46,599 bases of DNA from an uncultured Clostridia bacterium (lineage in GTDB: Bacteria > Bacillota > Clostridia > RGIG6154): contig CAKSDT010000002.1 in the NCBI GenBank assembly GCA_934446135.1, positions 1 to 46,599 of the forward strand. Reading direction: 5' to 3'. Position 1 is the first letter of the stretch. Every line of letters begins with the position of its first letter. A program made the position numbers and the translations under genes. Shown one piece after another: positions 1-9,560 of the stretch. The notes below the pieces were generated by a model, which was not told where the DNA came from, made no database searches, and was given only the letters and a program-made list of their open reading frames with translations.

Positions 1-555
1 ATAATAGGATATCTAAATAAATTCAGGGACGAGGGAAAAATTAAAAATATAGGTGTGTCGAATTGGAAAGCAGAGAGAATAGAAAAGGCAAATTCATATG
101 CAGAAAAGCACGGACTTGAAAAAATCACTTTCAGTCAGATAAAATACTCAATGGTTAAAACAAGTCCCGGTTACAAAGACGACCCTACTCTTGTTGAAAT
201 GAATGAAAGCGAATATGAAATATACAAAAAACTCGGTATTAAGGTTGCGGCATTTGCATCTCAGGGTAAAGGATTTTTTTCTAAATATCAAAACGGGGGA
301 GCAGACAGGCTTGATCAGAAAACGAGAGAAAGATATTTTTGCAATGAAAATATTAAGGGCTTTGAAAAGGCAAGGCATATTGCCGAGAAATATAATATAA
401 GCGTTGCCTCTGTTTGCCTCCTGTATCTTATTGAACAACCGTTTTTTGATGTAATGCCTATAATAGGGTGTAAAACCCTCGATCAACTTAAAAATACCCT
501 TTTGGGAACAGATGCAGTTTTGACGGAAAAAGACAGGGAATATCTTGTAAAATAG
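1..555 (+). CDS. aldo/keto reductase, C-terminal part (5' end outside the window)
   Basis: Frame 1 is open from base 1 (IIGYLNKFRDEGKIKNIGVSNW...), upstream of the GTG at 55 where the ORF track begins. The GKIKxIGVSNW motif and the overall C-terminal layout are typical of the AKR family. TAG stop at 553-555. Confidence 0.8.
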   Translation: MIGYLNKFRDEGKIKNIGVSNWKAERIEKANSYAEKHGLEKITFSQIKYSMVKTSPGYKDDPTLVEMNESEYEIYKKLGIKVAAFASQGKGFFSKYQNGGADRLDQKTRERYFCNENIKGFEKARHIAEKYNISVASVCLLYLIEQPFFDVMPIIGCKTLDQLKNTLLGTDAVLTEKDREYLVK

Positions 556-584
556 TTTACAAAAGGGGTTATTTGTGGTAAAAT
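556..584 (+). promoter_or_regulatory. candidate sigma-A promoter (TTTACA, 17 nt spacer, TGgTAAAAT extended -10)
   Basis: TTTACA at 556-561 and TAAAAT at 579-584, preceded by TG. It lies 35 nt upstream of the ATG at 619. Confidence 0.45.
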
Positions 585-618
585 ATCTTGATAAACTAAA
601 TTAAACGGTGATTGAAAA

Positions 619-1482
619 ATGATTTTGAGTGACGGTTGGAAAGATTATGAAATAATAGAAACTGGCAATGGACAGAAACTTGAAAGATGGGATAAATATG
701 TCCTTTTAAGACCTGACCCGCAGGTTATATGGAAAACCGAAATAAAAAGTACCGGTTTGGCTCACGGAATATATAACAGAAGCCGCTCAGGAGGCGGAAA
801 ATGGGATTTTAAAAGCAAACTTCCCGAGAGTTGGAATGTGTGTTATAAGGACTTAAAATTCAATGTAAGACCTACAGGATTTAAACATACGGGTCTTTTC
901 CCCGAACAGGCTGCGAACTGGGATTTTATAATAGATACGATAAAAAATTCCGGAAGGCAAGTTAAGGTTTTAAACCTTTTTGCATATACGGGCGGAGCAA
1001 CCGTTGCATCTCTTTACGGCGGTGCTTCGGTTTGCCATGTTGACGCCTCAAAAGGTATGGTTCAATGGGCAAAGGATAATGTTTCTCTATCAGGGCTTTC
1101 CCAAAAACCTGTAAGATACATAGTGGACGATGTTCTTAAATTTGTTTTAAGGGAGCAAAGAAGGGGAAATAAATATGACGCTGTTATAATGGATCCTCCG
1201 TCATACGGAAGAGGTCCTAACGGAGAAATATGGAAACTTGAGAACGAACTGTTTGGACTTGCAGAAGAATGTGTTAAAGTTTTGTCCGAAAAACCGTTGT
1301 TTTTTATTATAAATTCTTATACAACGGGACTTCAGGCTTCGGTTTTGAGCAATATTTTAAAACTTACTGCAGGAAAAACCAAAAAAATTAAAAGCATACA
1401 GGCAGATGAACTCGGAATTCCCGTGTCAAAACAGGAAATTGTTCTTCCGTGCGGTTCAACTGCAAGGTGTATATTCGGCTGA
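619..1482 (+). CDS. class I SAM-dependent methyltransferase (RlmI/RlmK-like RNA methyltransferase fold)
   Basis: 287 aa. Has the LNLFAYTGGATVA SAM-binding loop and the DAVIMDPPSYGRG catalytic motif typical of the PF10672-type rRNA m5C/m2G methyltransferase family. Confidence 0.7.
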   Translation: MILSDGWKDYEIIETGNGQKLERWDKYVLLRPDPQVIWKTEIKSTGLAHGIYNRSRSGGGKWDFKSKLPESWNVCYKDLKFNVRPTGFKHTGLFPEQAANWDFIIDTIKNSGRQVKVLNLFAYTGGATVASLYGGASVCHVDASKGMVQWAKDNVSLSGLSQKPVRYIVDDVLKFVLREQRRGNKYDAVIMDPPSYGRGPNGEIWKLENELFGLAEECVKVLSEKPLFFIINSYTTGLQASVLSNILKLTAGKTKKIKSIQADELGIPVSKQEIVLPCGSTARCIFG

Positions 1483-1508
1483 TAAAAAACATCAAGGGGG
1501 TGCGGATT

Positions 1509-2342
1509 TTGATAAAAACCGAGAATTTAATATATTCATATGAATATGAACAGGAAAGCACAACAGTGCTTAACAGTATTGATATTGAAATAAAAAAGGG
1601 GAGTTTTGTTTCAATATTGGGACATAACGGTTCCGGAAAATCCACACTTGTTAAGACATTTAATGCAATTTATATTCCGAAATCGGGAACTGTTACAGTT
1701 GACGGAATGGATACCAAAGATGAGGATAAGACTTTTGATATACGCAAAAAAGTAGGAATGGTTTTTCAAAATCCCGATAATCAGATTGTTGCAACCATAG
1801 TTGAAGAAGATGTGGCTTTCGGCCCTGAAAATTTGGGAATAGAAAGCAGCGAAATAAGAAAAAGGGTTGATGAGGCACTAAATATTGTGGATATGAGGGC
1901 ATATGCCTCTAATGCTCCGCATCATTTGTCGGGCGGGCAAAAACAAAGAATTGCAATAGCAGGAATTATTGCGATGAGTCCCGAATACATAGTGCTTGAC
2001 GAATCTACGGCAATGCTTGACCCCAAAGGGAGAAAAGATGTAATAAATACTGTTAAGAAGTTAAACAAAGATTACGGTATGACTGTTATATTAATAACGC
2101 ATTATATGGAAGAAGCTGCACTTTCTGACAGAATTATTGTTCTTGAAAGCGGGAAAGTCGTGTCGGACGGAACTCCGAAAGAAGTTTTTGCCGATGCAGA
2201 CAAAATGAAGCAATTGAAACTTGGAGTTCCTCAGGCATCGGAACTTTCATTTGAACTTAATAAACTTGGAATTAAAATGCCTGTCGTACTTTCGGCAGAG
2301 GAGTTTTTAGAGGAATTTTCAAAAGTTGCAGGTGGAAAATGA
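1509..2342 (+). CDS. ecfA1: energy-coupling factor (ECF) transporter ATPase A1
   Basis: Walker A GHNGSGKST, signature LSGGQKQR, Walker B IVLDEST. The track start (GTG 1449) lies inside the upstream gene. TTG 1509 sits 8 nt after AAGGGGG and gives the usual (M)IKTENL N-terminus. First gene of the conserved ecfA1-ecfA2-ecfT-truA block. Confidence 0.85.
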   Translation: MIKTENLIYSYEYEQESTTVLNSIDIEIKKGSFVSILGHNGSGKSTLVKTFNAIYIPKSGTVTVDGMDTKDEDKTFDIRKKVGMVFQNPDNQIVATIVEEDVAFGPENLGIESSEIRKRVDEALNIVDMRAYASNAPHHLSGGQKQRIAIAGIIAMSPEYIVLDESTAMLDPKGRKDVINTVKKLNKDYGMTVILITHYMEEAALSDRIIVLESGKVVSDGTPKEVFADADKMKQLKLGVPQASELSFELNKLGIKMPVVLSAEEFLEEFSKVAGGK

Positions 2343-3199
2343 GTATTGAAATCAAGGATTTAACTTACATTTATAATAAAAACGGACCGTACGAAAAAAC
2401 GGCACTTGATAATATAAGTCTTACAGTGGCAGACGGAGAGTTTGTGGGAATTATAGGTCACACAGGTTCGGGAAAGTCTACTTTAATTCAGCACTTTAAC
2501 GGAATTATGAAGCCTACGGCCGGAACTGTTTTGGTGGATGGAGAAGATATTTTCAAAAAAGGTGTATCCCTTAAAAATATAAGGAAAAAGGTCGGACTTG
2601 TGTTTCAGTATCCCGAATATCAACTTTTTGAAGAAACTGTTTATAAGGATGTTGCATACGGCCTTAAAAACTATGGAGTTCCGCAGGGAAAACACGGCGA
2701 ACTCGTGAAAAATGCAATAAAAAGTGTCGGACTTTCGGAAGATGTTCTTGATAAATCTCCGTTTGAACTTTCCGGCGGACAAAAAAGGAGAGTTGCAATT
2801 GCGGGGGTTATAGTAATGCAGCCTAAAATCCTTGTTTTAGATGAACCTGCGGCGGGGCTTGACCCATTCGGAAGACAACAGATTTTAGAAGAAATAAAAA
2901 GACTTCACGACGAGCAGAATATAACTGTAATTTTAGTTTCGCACAGTATGGAAGATATTGCACTTTATGCGGACAGAATAGTTGTTTTGGATAAAGGAAG
3001 AATTTATATGGACGGCAGTCCGGCAAAAGTTTTTTCAAATCAGGATAAACTTTTGGATGCCGGTCTTGATATACCTGAGATACTTAAAATACTTAATGAA
3101 CTTAAAAACAGGGGATTTTGTATTCCCGATGATATATTTAGTGTGAAAGATGCCGCAATGGCTATATACAAGAGTTTAAAAGAGGGAAAAAATGCTTGA
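2339..3199 (+). CDS. ecfA2: ECF transporter ATPase A2
   Basis: Walker A GHTGSGKST, LSGGQKRR, LVLDEPAAGLD. ATGA overlap with the ecfA1 stop. Confidence 0.9.
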   Translation: MSIEIKDLTYIYNKNGPYEKTALDNISLTVADGEFVGIIGHTGSGKSTLIQHFNGIMKPTAGTVLVDGEDIFKKGVSLKNIRKKVGLVFQYPEYQLFEETVYKDVAYGLKNYGVPQGKHGELVKNAIKSVGLSEDVLDKSPFELSGGQKRRVAIAGVIVMQPKILVLDEPAAGLDPFGRQQILEEIKRLHDEQNITVILVSHSMEDIALYADRIVVLDKGRIYMDGSPAKVFSNQDKLLDAGLDIPEILKILNELKNRGFCIPDDIFSVKDAAMAIYKSLKEGKNA

Positions 3200-3989
3200 T
3201 ATTACTTTAGGACAATATTTTCCGTCAGGGTCGGTGATACATAAACTTGACCCCAGAGTGAAAATTATACTTACCATATTTTTGACCGTTGTACTTTTTA
3301 TGTGTAAAAGTGCATATTCTTACGCTGCGGTTTTTTTGTTTATTGCAGTTGTAATAATTATATCAAAAGTACCTTTTTCATTTGTGTTAAAGGGCATAAG
3401 ACCCGTGATTTTTATTTCTGTTTTTACGGCAATAGTTAATTTGTTTTTGACAGACGGAACAGTTTTATTTAAAATAGGATTCGTAACTGCAACTTATGAG
3501 GGACTTTTTATGGCGGTTAAAATGGTTGTAAGACTGGTACTGCTTGTCACCATAACATCAATTCTTACTTTGACAACTTCTCCTATTATGCTTACTGACG
3601 GGCTTGAAAAATTGATGTCGCCTCTTGCAAGATTTAAGTTTCCTGCACACGAAATTGCAATGATGATGACTATCGCTTTGAGATTTATTCCAACACTTTT
3701 GGAGGAAACGGATAAAATCATTAAAGCACAGAGTGCAAGGGGTGCAGACTTCACATCGGGAAATATTATGGATAAGGCAAGGGCTATGATTCCTATTTTG
3801 ATACCGCTTTTTATAAATGCTTTTAAAAGAGCAGATGAACTTGCGGTTGCAATGGAATGCAGATGTTACAGAGGCGGAGAGGGAAGAACAAGAATGAAAG
3901 TTTTAAAACTTTCATTAAAAGATTATGTTTCCGCCGCAGTTAATTTGTGCGTTCTTGCTTTAATACTATTTTTAAATACGGTGGCTTAA
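3192..3989 (+). CDS. ecfT: ECF transporter transmembrane component T
   Basis: 265 aa multi-pass membrane protein with the conserved ALRFIP and AQSARGAD coupling-helix motifs. 8-nt overlap with ecfA2. Confidence 0.85.
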   Translation: MLDITLGQYFPSGSVIHKLDPRVKIILTIFLTVVLFMCKSAYSYAAVFLFIAVVIIISKVPFSFVLKGIRPVIFISVFTAIVNLFLTDGTVLFKIGFVTATYEGLFMAVKMVVRLVLLVTITSILTLTTSPIMLTDGLEKLMSPLARFKFPAHEIAMMMTIALRFIPTLLEETDKIIKAQSARGADFTSGNIMDKARAMIPILIPLFINAFKRADELAVAMECRCYRGGEGRTRMKVLKLSLKDYVSAAVNLCVLALILFLNTVA

Positions 3990-3990
3990 T

Positions 3991-4746
3991 ATGAGAAATA
4001 TAGGTTTAATTCTTTCGTACGACGGTTCCGATTATTTTGGATTTCAGAGGCAAAACGGTTTTATAACCATTCAGGAAGAACTTGAGAATGCCATTGAAAA
4101 AGTTACAAAGGAATATTCTGTTATTTACGGCTGCGGGAGAACTGATGCAAAGGTTCATGCAAAAAAGTATCTTTGTTCTTTTAAAACAAACTGCCGTATA
4201 CCGGCAAATAATATTCCTGTTGCATTAAACACAAGGCTTCCCGATGATATTGTGGTTTATGAAGCGTTTGACGCACCGCCGGAATTCAACGGAAGGTTTT
4301 CGGTTACAGAGAAAACATATAGGTATGTTATTAGTGTTTCCGAGTTTCCCGACCCGTTTTTGAGAAACTATGTATGGCATTTTACATATAAAAACATAGA
4401 TGTCGGAAAAATGAAAGAGGCTGCGGAGTTTATAAAGGGAAAACACGATTTTGTGTGTTTTATGGCATCGGGAGGACAGGTTAAAACAACAGTAAGAACG
4501 GTGAAGGATTTAAAGATTGGGAAAAAGGATAATTTTATTTATATAGATATAACGGCGGATGGCTTTTTGTATAATATGGTAAGAATCATTACAGGCACGC
4601 TCTGCTATGCGGGAATCGGAAAACTAAGTCCCGCTGATGTTAAAAACATTATAGAAAGTAAAGACAGGACAGGGGCAGGTATTACCGCACCGCCCGAAGG
4701 ACTTTATTTACTTGATGTAAAATACGGTGATATAAATGAAAAATAA
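3991..4746 (+). CDS. truA: tRNA pseudouridine(38-40) synthase
   Basis: GCGRTDAKVHA catalytic-Asp motif, 251 aa, in the usual position after ecfT. Confidence 0.9.
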   Translation: MRNIGLILSYDGSDYFGFQRQNGFITIQEELENAIEKVTKEYSVIYGCGRTDAKVHAKKYLCSFKTNCRIPANNIPVALNTRLPDDIVVYEAFDAPPEFNGRFSVTEKTYRYVISVSEFPDPFLRNYVWHFTYKNIDVGKMKEAAEFIKGKHDFVCFMASGGQVKTTVRTVKDLKIGKKDNFIYIDITADGFLYNMVRIITGTLCYAGIGKLSPADVKNIIESKDRTGAGITAPPEGLYLLDVKYGDINEK

Positions 4747-5866
4747 AATTGAAGAACTAAGAAAATTTATAATTAAGAATCCCCGAAAATCACTTGCATT
4801 GGCAATTGTGATTGTACTTATTATAACTTTAATATTAAACTTTAGAATTATATTGGGCACTAAAATTGATATTTACTCACCTTCATTTTCTGCCGAACCG
4901 GGAAAATCCGATTATGTTTCTTATAAAAACGGTGCAGTGTGTGCCGTAAATGACGGAATATATATGGTTGACACAAAGGGAAATAAAAAGTGGAATGTCA
5001 AAACGGGACTTCTTTCGCCCTTTGTGAATGTGTGCGGTGATTATATTATTGCGGCAGACACGGAGGGGACATCGGCGGCTGTAATTAAAAACGGAAGTTT
5101 GGTGTATAATATAAAACTTTCGGCACCGGCGTATTATTCTGATGTAAACAAAAACGGATACAGCATAATAGTGACCGGTGAGGCAGGATATAAATCTCTC
5201 GTTAATGTATATAACAAAAAGGGTGAAAACATATACCAGTGGTATTCAGGAGAGTGGAACATAACTGATGCCGTAATATCAGATGATAACAAACATATAG
5301 CAGTTTCGGGAATTGATATTTCGGGAAATGCAGTAAAAACGGTTGTCCAGATTTTTGATATAAGAAAAGAAGAACCTATGGGTACTTTTACCGCGGACGG
5401 AACACTTTGTTACAAACTTTGTTATACTGACTCGGGTATTGTAATGCTTACGGGGGACAAAGCGTACTGTCTTGACAAAAAAGGAAAAATAAAGCGGGAA
5501 TATTCATTCTCCGGCAAGAAAATAACTGCGTATGATTTTAATGATAAAGATAAAATGGCAGTTGCTTATACAAAGGCGGATGTAAAAGAAAGTGCAAATT
5601 TTGTTGTAGTTTTTTCATCGGGACTGAGAAGAAAGACCGAACGAAAGACAGATTTTGCCGTTAAAAGCGTGGACTGCACGAAAAGCAGAATTTTGTGTTC
5701 GGGCAGCGGAAGAATTAAAATAATCGAAAATATCGGCATACCGTCGCTTGATGTTAAAACCGATAAGGATTTGAGTTATATAAGGCTTGTCGGAAACGGC
5801 AAGGCAATTCTGTCATTTTCGGACAGGTACGCCAATATATATAAAATAAAGAACGGGAGATGGTAA
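4736..5866 (+). CDS. hypothetical membrane-anchored protein, beta-rich (propeller-like) extracytoplasmic domain
   Basis: 376 aa. One N-terminal TM helix (LALAIVIVLIITLILNF) followed by repeated strand-rich segments. I recognise no catalytic motif. 11-nt overlap with the truA stop. Confidence 0.6.
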   Translation: MKNKIEELRKFIIKNPRKSLALAIVIVLIITLILNFRIILGTKIDIYSPSFSAEPGKSDYVSYKNGAVCAVNDGIYMVDTKGNKKWNVKTGLLSPFVNVCGDYIIAADTEGTSAAVIKNGSLVYNIKLSAPAYYSDVNKNGYSIIVTGEAGYKSLVNVYNKKGENIYQWYSGEWNITDAVISDDNKHIAVSGIDISGNAVKTVVQIFDIRKEEPMGTFTADGTLCYKLCYTDSGIVMLTGDKAYCLDKKGKIKREYSFSGKKITAYDFNDKDKMAVAYTKADVKESANFVVVFSSGLRRKTERKTDFAVKSVDCTKSRILCSGSGRIKIIENIGIPSLDVKTDKDLSYIRLVGNGKAILSFSDRYANIYKIKNGRW

Positions 5867-5869
5867 AAT

Positions 5870-6487
5870 ATGATTTCAGATGTATTTGTAATACTTATAA
5901 TTGCACTTTGCACATACTTTGGCTATAAAAAAGGTATATTGTGTACCTTGATCAATATTGTTTCATATCTTGCATCTTTAATACTTTCTGCAGTTATTAT
6001 AAAGCCGGTGAATTATTTTGTGAGAAACCTCACGTTTATTGAGAGTATTAATAAGTCAATGAATGACAAGATAGTGTCATCGTTATCTGAAAAGACTGAA
6101 GGTGTGCCTCTGTTTTTAAAAGGTGCAGCATCGGACGGGGTCGTTAAAGTATCTGAATCACTTGCAGAAACACTTACAAAAGGTGTAGTATACATACTCT
6201 GTGCAGTTATAGTGTTTTTTATAATCAAACTTTTTGTGGGAATAACACGCAAAACTGCAAAGGCTGCAAGAGGTACCCTTTTGGTAGGAGGGGCAGACAG
6301 ATTTTTAGGACTTATCGGGGGAGCGGCAGGCGGATTTTTACTTGTTTCGCTTTTGTTTGTGTTGGCGATATTGTTTCTGCCGCAGCCTAAACTTAATATT
6401 TTAAGTCAAAATATATCAAATTCCGTAATTGCAAAATCTTTTTATGAGAACAACTTTATTATGAATTTGATTGTTAAATACTTATGA
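5870..6487 (+). CDS. cvpA: CvpA-family membrane protein
   Basis: 205 aa, four predicted TM segments. The N-terminus MISDVFVILIIALCTYFGYKKGIL is typical of the colicin V production protein family. Confidence 0.65.
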   Translation: MISDVFVILIIALCTYFGYKKGILCTLINIVSYLASLILSAVIIKPVNYFVRNLTFIESINKSMNDKIVSSLSEKTEGVPLFLKGAASDGVVKVSESLAETLTKGVVYILCAVIVFFIIKLFVGITRKTAKAARGTLLVGGADRFLGLIGGAAGGFLLVSLLFVLAILFLPQPKLNILSQNISNSVIAKSFYENNFIMNLIVKYL

Positions 6488-6495
6488 GGTGAACA

Positions 6496-7782
6496 ATGGA
6501 TATAGAAAATAAAACTCTTGCACAGTTGCAGGAAATAGCAAAATCACTCGGAATTAAATCGTATTCAAAGTATAAAAAAGCGGATCTTGCCGTGTTAATA
6601 CTTGAAATGGCTGCAGAAACCGAGGTGAAGGACGAACCTGAGCATGATGAAACTGAAAAAACCCCCGATAGTGAAAAGCAAGAAGTTTCGGGCGTGTTGG
6701 AGGTGCTTCAGGACGGATACGGATTTTTGAGAGGTCCTAATTATCTTTCAACCAATATGGATGTTTATGTTTCCATAAACCAGATAAAAAGGTTCAGGCT
6801 TAAAACAGGCGATAAAATCGCAGGTATCGCAAGAAATCCTAAAGGTGCCGGCGAAAAATCAAGACAATTGATATATGTTTCAAGTGTGAACGGAGATGAG
6901 CCGTATAAAGCGGCAAGAAGATGTCCGTTTGAGTATCTTGTTCCTGTTTATCCGGACAAGAGGATAAAACTTGAAACTTCGACAACAGATTATGCAATGC
7001 GTCTTATAGATTTAATTGCACCGTTGGGAAGAGGACAGAGAGGGCTGATTGTCGCACCGCCAAAAGCGGGCAAAACAACACTTCTTAAAAATATAGCACA
7101 CTCTGTTTCGGAAAATGCCCCGGACGCTGAACTTATAGTCTTGCTTATAGATGAAAGACCTGAGGAAGTTACCGATATGCAAAAATGTATAAAAGGCGAT
7201 GTTATTTATTCAACATTTGACGAACAGCCCGAGCATCACATTAAAGTTGCTGAAATGGTGCTTGAAAGGGCACAGAGAATTGCAGAACAGAAGAAGGATG
7301 TTGTAATACTTTTGGATTCGCTCACAAGACTTGCAAGGTCATACAACATTGTAAACCCGTCATCAGGAAAGACTTTATCCGGAGGACTTGATCCTAATTC
7401 GCTTTACAAACCCAAAAAGTTTTTCGGTGCTGCAAGAAATATTGAAAACGGCGGAAGTATTACAATTCTTGCAACTGCACTTGTTGAAACGGGAAGCAGA
7501 ATGGATGATGTCATTTTTGAAGAATTCAAGGGAACGGGCAATATGGAAGTTCATCTTGACCGAAAACTTCAGGAAAGAAGAATATTCCCGGCAATAGATG
7601 TAACAAAGTCGGGAACGAGGAAAGAAGAATTATTGGTTGACAAGGACCAATTAGACGCAATGTATATTTTAAGAAGAAAATTCAGCGGTTCAAATTCTCA
7701 GGATTTTACAGAGAGGCTTATTTCTCTTGTTGTTTCAACCAAATCCAATAAGGAACTTATTGAAAAGTTGAAAAAGTTGTAA
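6496..7782 (+). CDS. rho: transcription termination factor Rho
   Basis: N-terminal Rho_N ([13 protein letters not shown]), CSD-like RNA-binding domain ([14 protein letters not shown]), Walker [11 protein letters not shown]. Confidence 0.95.
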   Translation: MDIENKTLAQLQEIAKSLGIKSYSKYKKADLAVLILEMAAETEVKDEPEHDETEKTPDSEKQEVSGVLEVLQDGYGFLRGPNYLSTNMDVYVSINQIKRFRLKTGDKIAGIARNPKGAGEKSRQLIYVSSVNGDEPYKAARRCPFEYLVPVYPDKRIKLETSTTDYAMRLIDLIAPLGRGQRGLIVAPPKAGKTTLLKNIAHSVSENAPDAELIVLLIDERPEEVTDMQKCIKGDVIYSTFDEQPEHHIKVAEMVLERAQRIAEQKKDVVILLDSLTRLARSYNIVNPSSGKTLSGGLDPNSLYKPKKFFGAARNIENGGSITILATALVETGSRMDDVIFEEFKGTGNMEVHLDRKLQERRIFPAIDVTKSGTRKEELLVDKDQLDAMYILRRKFSGSNSQDFTERLISLVVSTKSNKELIEKLKKL

Positions 7783-7789
7783 TAATAAA

Positions 7790-7830
7790 CCCCTATAGTG
7801 AATAAGATTTCACCGTAGGGGACTTTTTTA
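7790..7830 (+). terminator. rho-independent terminator after rho
   Basis: CCCCTAtaGTG (7790-7800) pairs with CACcgTAGGGG (7811-7821), with a 2-nt internal mismatch, followed by a TTTTTT run. Confidence 0.6.
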
Positions 7831-7848
7831 TTTAAAGGAGAGATAAAT

Positions 7849-8094
7849 ATGCTTAAAGCGTCCGATTTCAGACAAAAAGAAGTAATTAATATTGAAGATG
7901 GGAAAAGACTCGGCTTTGTTTGCGATGTTGATATAGATATGGAAAAGGGAGTCTTAAATTCCATTGTAAATCCGGGAGGCGGAAAAGTGCTTGGAATATT
8001 CGGCGGCGATGATGACTATGTTATTCCTTGGAAACAAATAAGAACAATAGGCGATGATGTTATTCTTGTTGACTTTGTTATTCCCCATAAATAA
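7849..8094 (+). CDS. YlmC/YmxH-family sporulation protein (PRC-barrel)
   Basis: 81 aa. SDFRQKEVINIEDGKRLGFVCDVDIDMEKG...IPWKQIRTIGDDVILV matches the YlmC/YmxH family pattern. Confidence 0.8.
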   Translation: MLKASDFRQKEVINIEDGKRLGFVCDVDIDMEKGVLNSIVNPGGGKVLGIFGGDDDYVIPWKQIRTIGDDVILVDFVIPHK

Positions 8095-8842
8095 TTTCAT
8101 AGTTTCTTGCAAGTACGCCCCTGCCTCGCCATGAAAATGCACGGTTCTGATATTTTCTTTTGAATTCCCTGTTTGAAATGTTAAATATCATATCTTTTTC
8201 AATATTATATATTCTATTTTGATAAAACTCAGTAATAGGAGTCGTTACGAATTTATTCATAGGGCAGACAAGTTGGCATACATCACAGCCGAATACAAGG
8301 CCTCCCTTTTTTATAAGACTTGTTTCATAATCTGTAAGAGGTCCTTTTTTTTGGGTAAGATGGGAGATACAAACGCTGTAATCGTTTGTTTTAAGACAAT
8401 TTGACGGACAAGACTTTACGCATTTTCCGCAATTAAGGCATTTTCCGGGAATATTGTCTTTTTTGTTAAAAGCTATATCTGTCAGAATGTATCCGATAAA
8501 AACAAAACTTCCGTATTTCTCATTGATGAGGAGGTTGTTTTTTCCAATTACTCCAAGTCCGGCATTTCTTGCAACTTCTCTGTCATTGTAAGGACTTATA
8601 TCACTGTAACTGCCGAATGTGTGATAACCGTTTTCTAAGATGAAATTTTCAATCTTCGACAGATATTTTTTTAAAATTATATGATAATCTTCGGAATAAG
8701 TGTAAAGCGAAATATTTGAACCGTCTTTTTTTTCGGTATAGTACGGAAAAAGGCAAACTACGGCAGTTTTTCCGTCTAACTCCGTAAAACCTGTATATTC
8801 AATCCCGAGGGATTTGTTAAATGATATTATTTTTTCCATCAT
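8078..8842 (-). CDS. queG: epoxyqueuosine reductase QueG-like protein (short form, two 4Fe-4S motifs)
   Basis: CLNCGKCVKSCP and GCDVCQLVCP ferredoxin motifs follow a QueG-like N-domain (DYH, NAGLGVIGKNNLLI, GSFVFIG). The start is taken at the ATG-ATG pair 8 nt after GGAGA. The longer track ORF (to 8959) runs into comF. Confidence 0.6.
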   Translation of the reverse strand: MMEKIISFNKSLGIEYTGFTELDGKTAVVCLFPYYTEKKDGSNISLYTYSEDYHIILKKYLSKIENFILENGYHTFGSYSDISPYNDREVARNAGLGVIGKNNLLINEKYGSFVFIGYILTDIAFNKKDNIPGKCLNCGKCVKSCPSNCLKTNDYSVCISHLTQKKGPLTDYETSLIKKGGLVFGCDVCQLVCPMNKFVTTPITEFYQNRIYNIEKDMIFNISNREFKRKYQNRAFSWRGRGVLARNYEIIYGE

Positions 8843-9560
8843 AAAAATCTTCTCCGCTGATTGCCGCAACCGCAACAACAATTGATTTTGCATTTGAAGC
8901 CTTAAGTGCCTGTATACAAGCCTCGGCAGTTGCACCGGTTGTATACACATCATCCACAAGAAGAATGTTCATTCCGTCAAGCATTACTCTGGGAACTATC
9001 GAGTTTTTCAGGTTTGTTTTTCTCTCTTTGTACGAAAGAGAACTTTGCGGTACAGTATCCCTTATTTTTACGAGGGCATCTGTAACAGGTACATCTAAAA
9101 GTTTGGAAAGTTCATATGCAATAAGTTTTGCCTGATTGTAACCTCTCTGTTTGAATCGCTGGTAACTTATCGGTGCGTATACAATTGTGTCAAAATTTTC
9201 TTTTTCGGGTAGTTTTTCAATTCTGTCAAAAATCATTTTTGCAAGCGATTCCGAATAGCAGGATTTGCCTCTGAACTTCAGATTTAAAATTGCATTTTTT
9301 ATTGATGCTCCGTATTTCGATACGCCGATTAAGTATTTGAACATGAATTTCTCTCCGCTGCAATATGCACAGTAAGGTGCTTTGCACATAATGTCAAGCG
9401 GTTTAAGGCATGCAGGACAAATTCTCTGCTCAATAAAATATAAATTCTCAAGACAACTTCTGCACAGATACGGCTTCTTTGATGAAATCCGAAGAATTTT
9501 ACCGCAACTTATACATTGCGGCGGAGATATTAATTTTTTAAACCAACTGTCTTCTCTCAT
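8817..9560 (-). CDS. comF: ComF-family protein (ComFC-like phosphoribosyltransferase-fold)
   Basis: N-terminal Cys4 zinc-finger pattern (CxxC...CxxC) and the PRTase motif LLVDDVYTTGAT. Confidence 0.85.
   Translation of the reverse strand: MREDSWFKKLISPPQCISCGKILRISSKKPYLCRSCLENLYFIEQRICPACLKPLDIMCKAPYCAYCSGEKFMFKYLIGVSKYGASIKNAILNLKFRGKSCYSESLAKMIFDRIEKLPEKENFDTIVYAPISYQRFKQRGYNQAKLIAYELSKLLDVPVTDALVKIRDTVPQSSLSYKERKTNLKNSIVPRVMLDGMNILLVDDVYTTGATAEACIQALKASNAKSIVVAVAAISGEDFYDGKNNII

Noticed and set aside
8843-8959. N-terminal extension of the queG-like ORF
   Set aside because: It lies out of frame within the 3' end of comF. Its sequence (QPVQLPRLVYRHLRLQMQNQ) looks non-coding, and an ATG with a GGAGA RBS is available at 8842.
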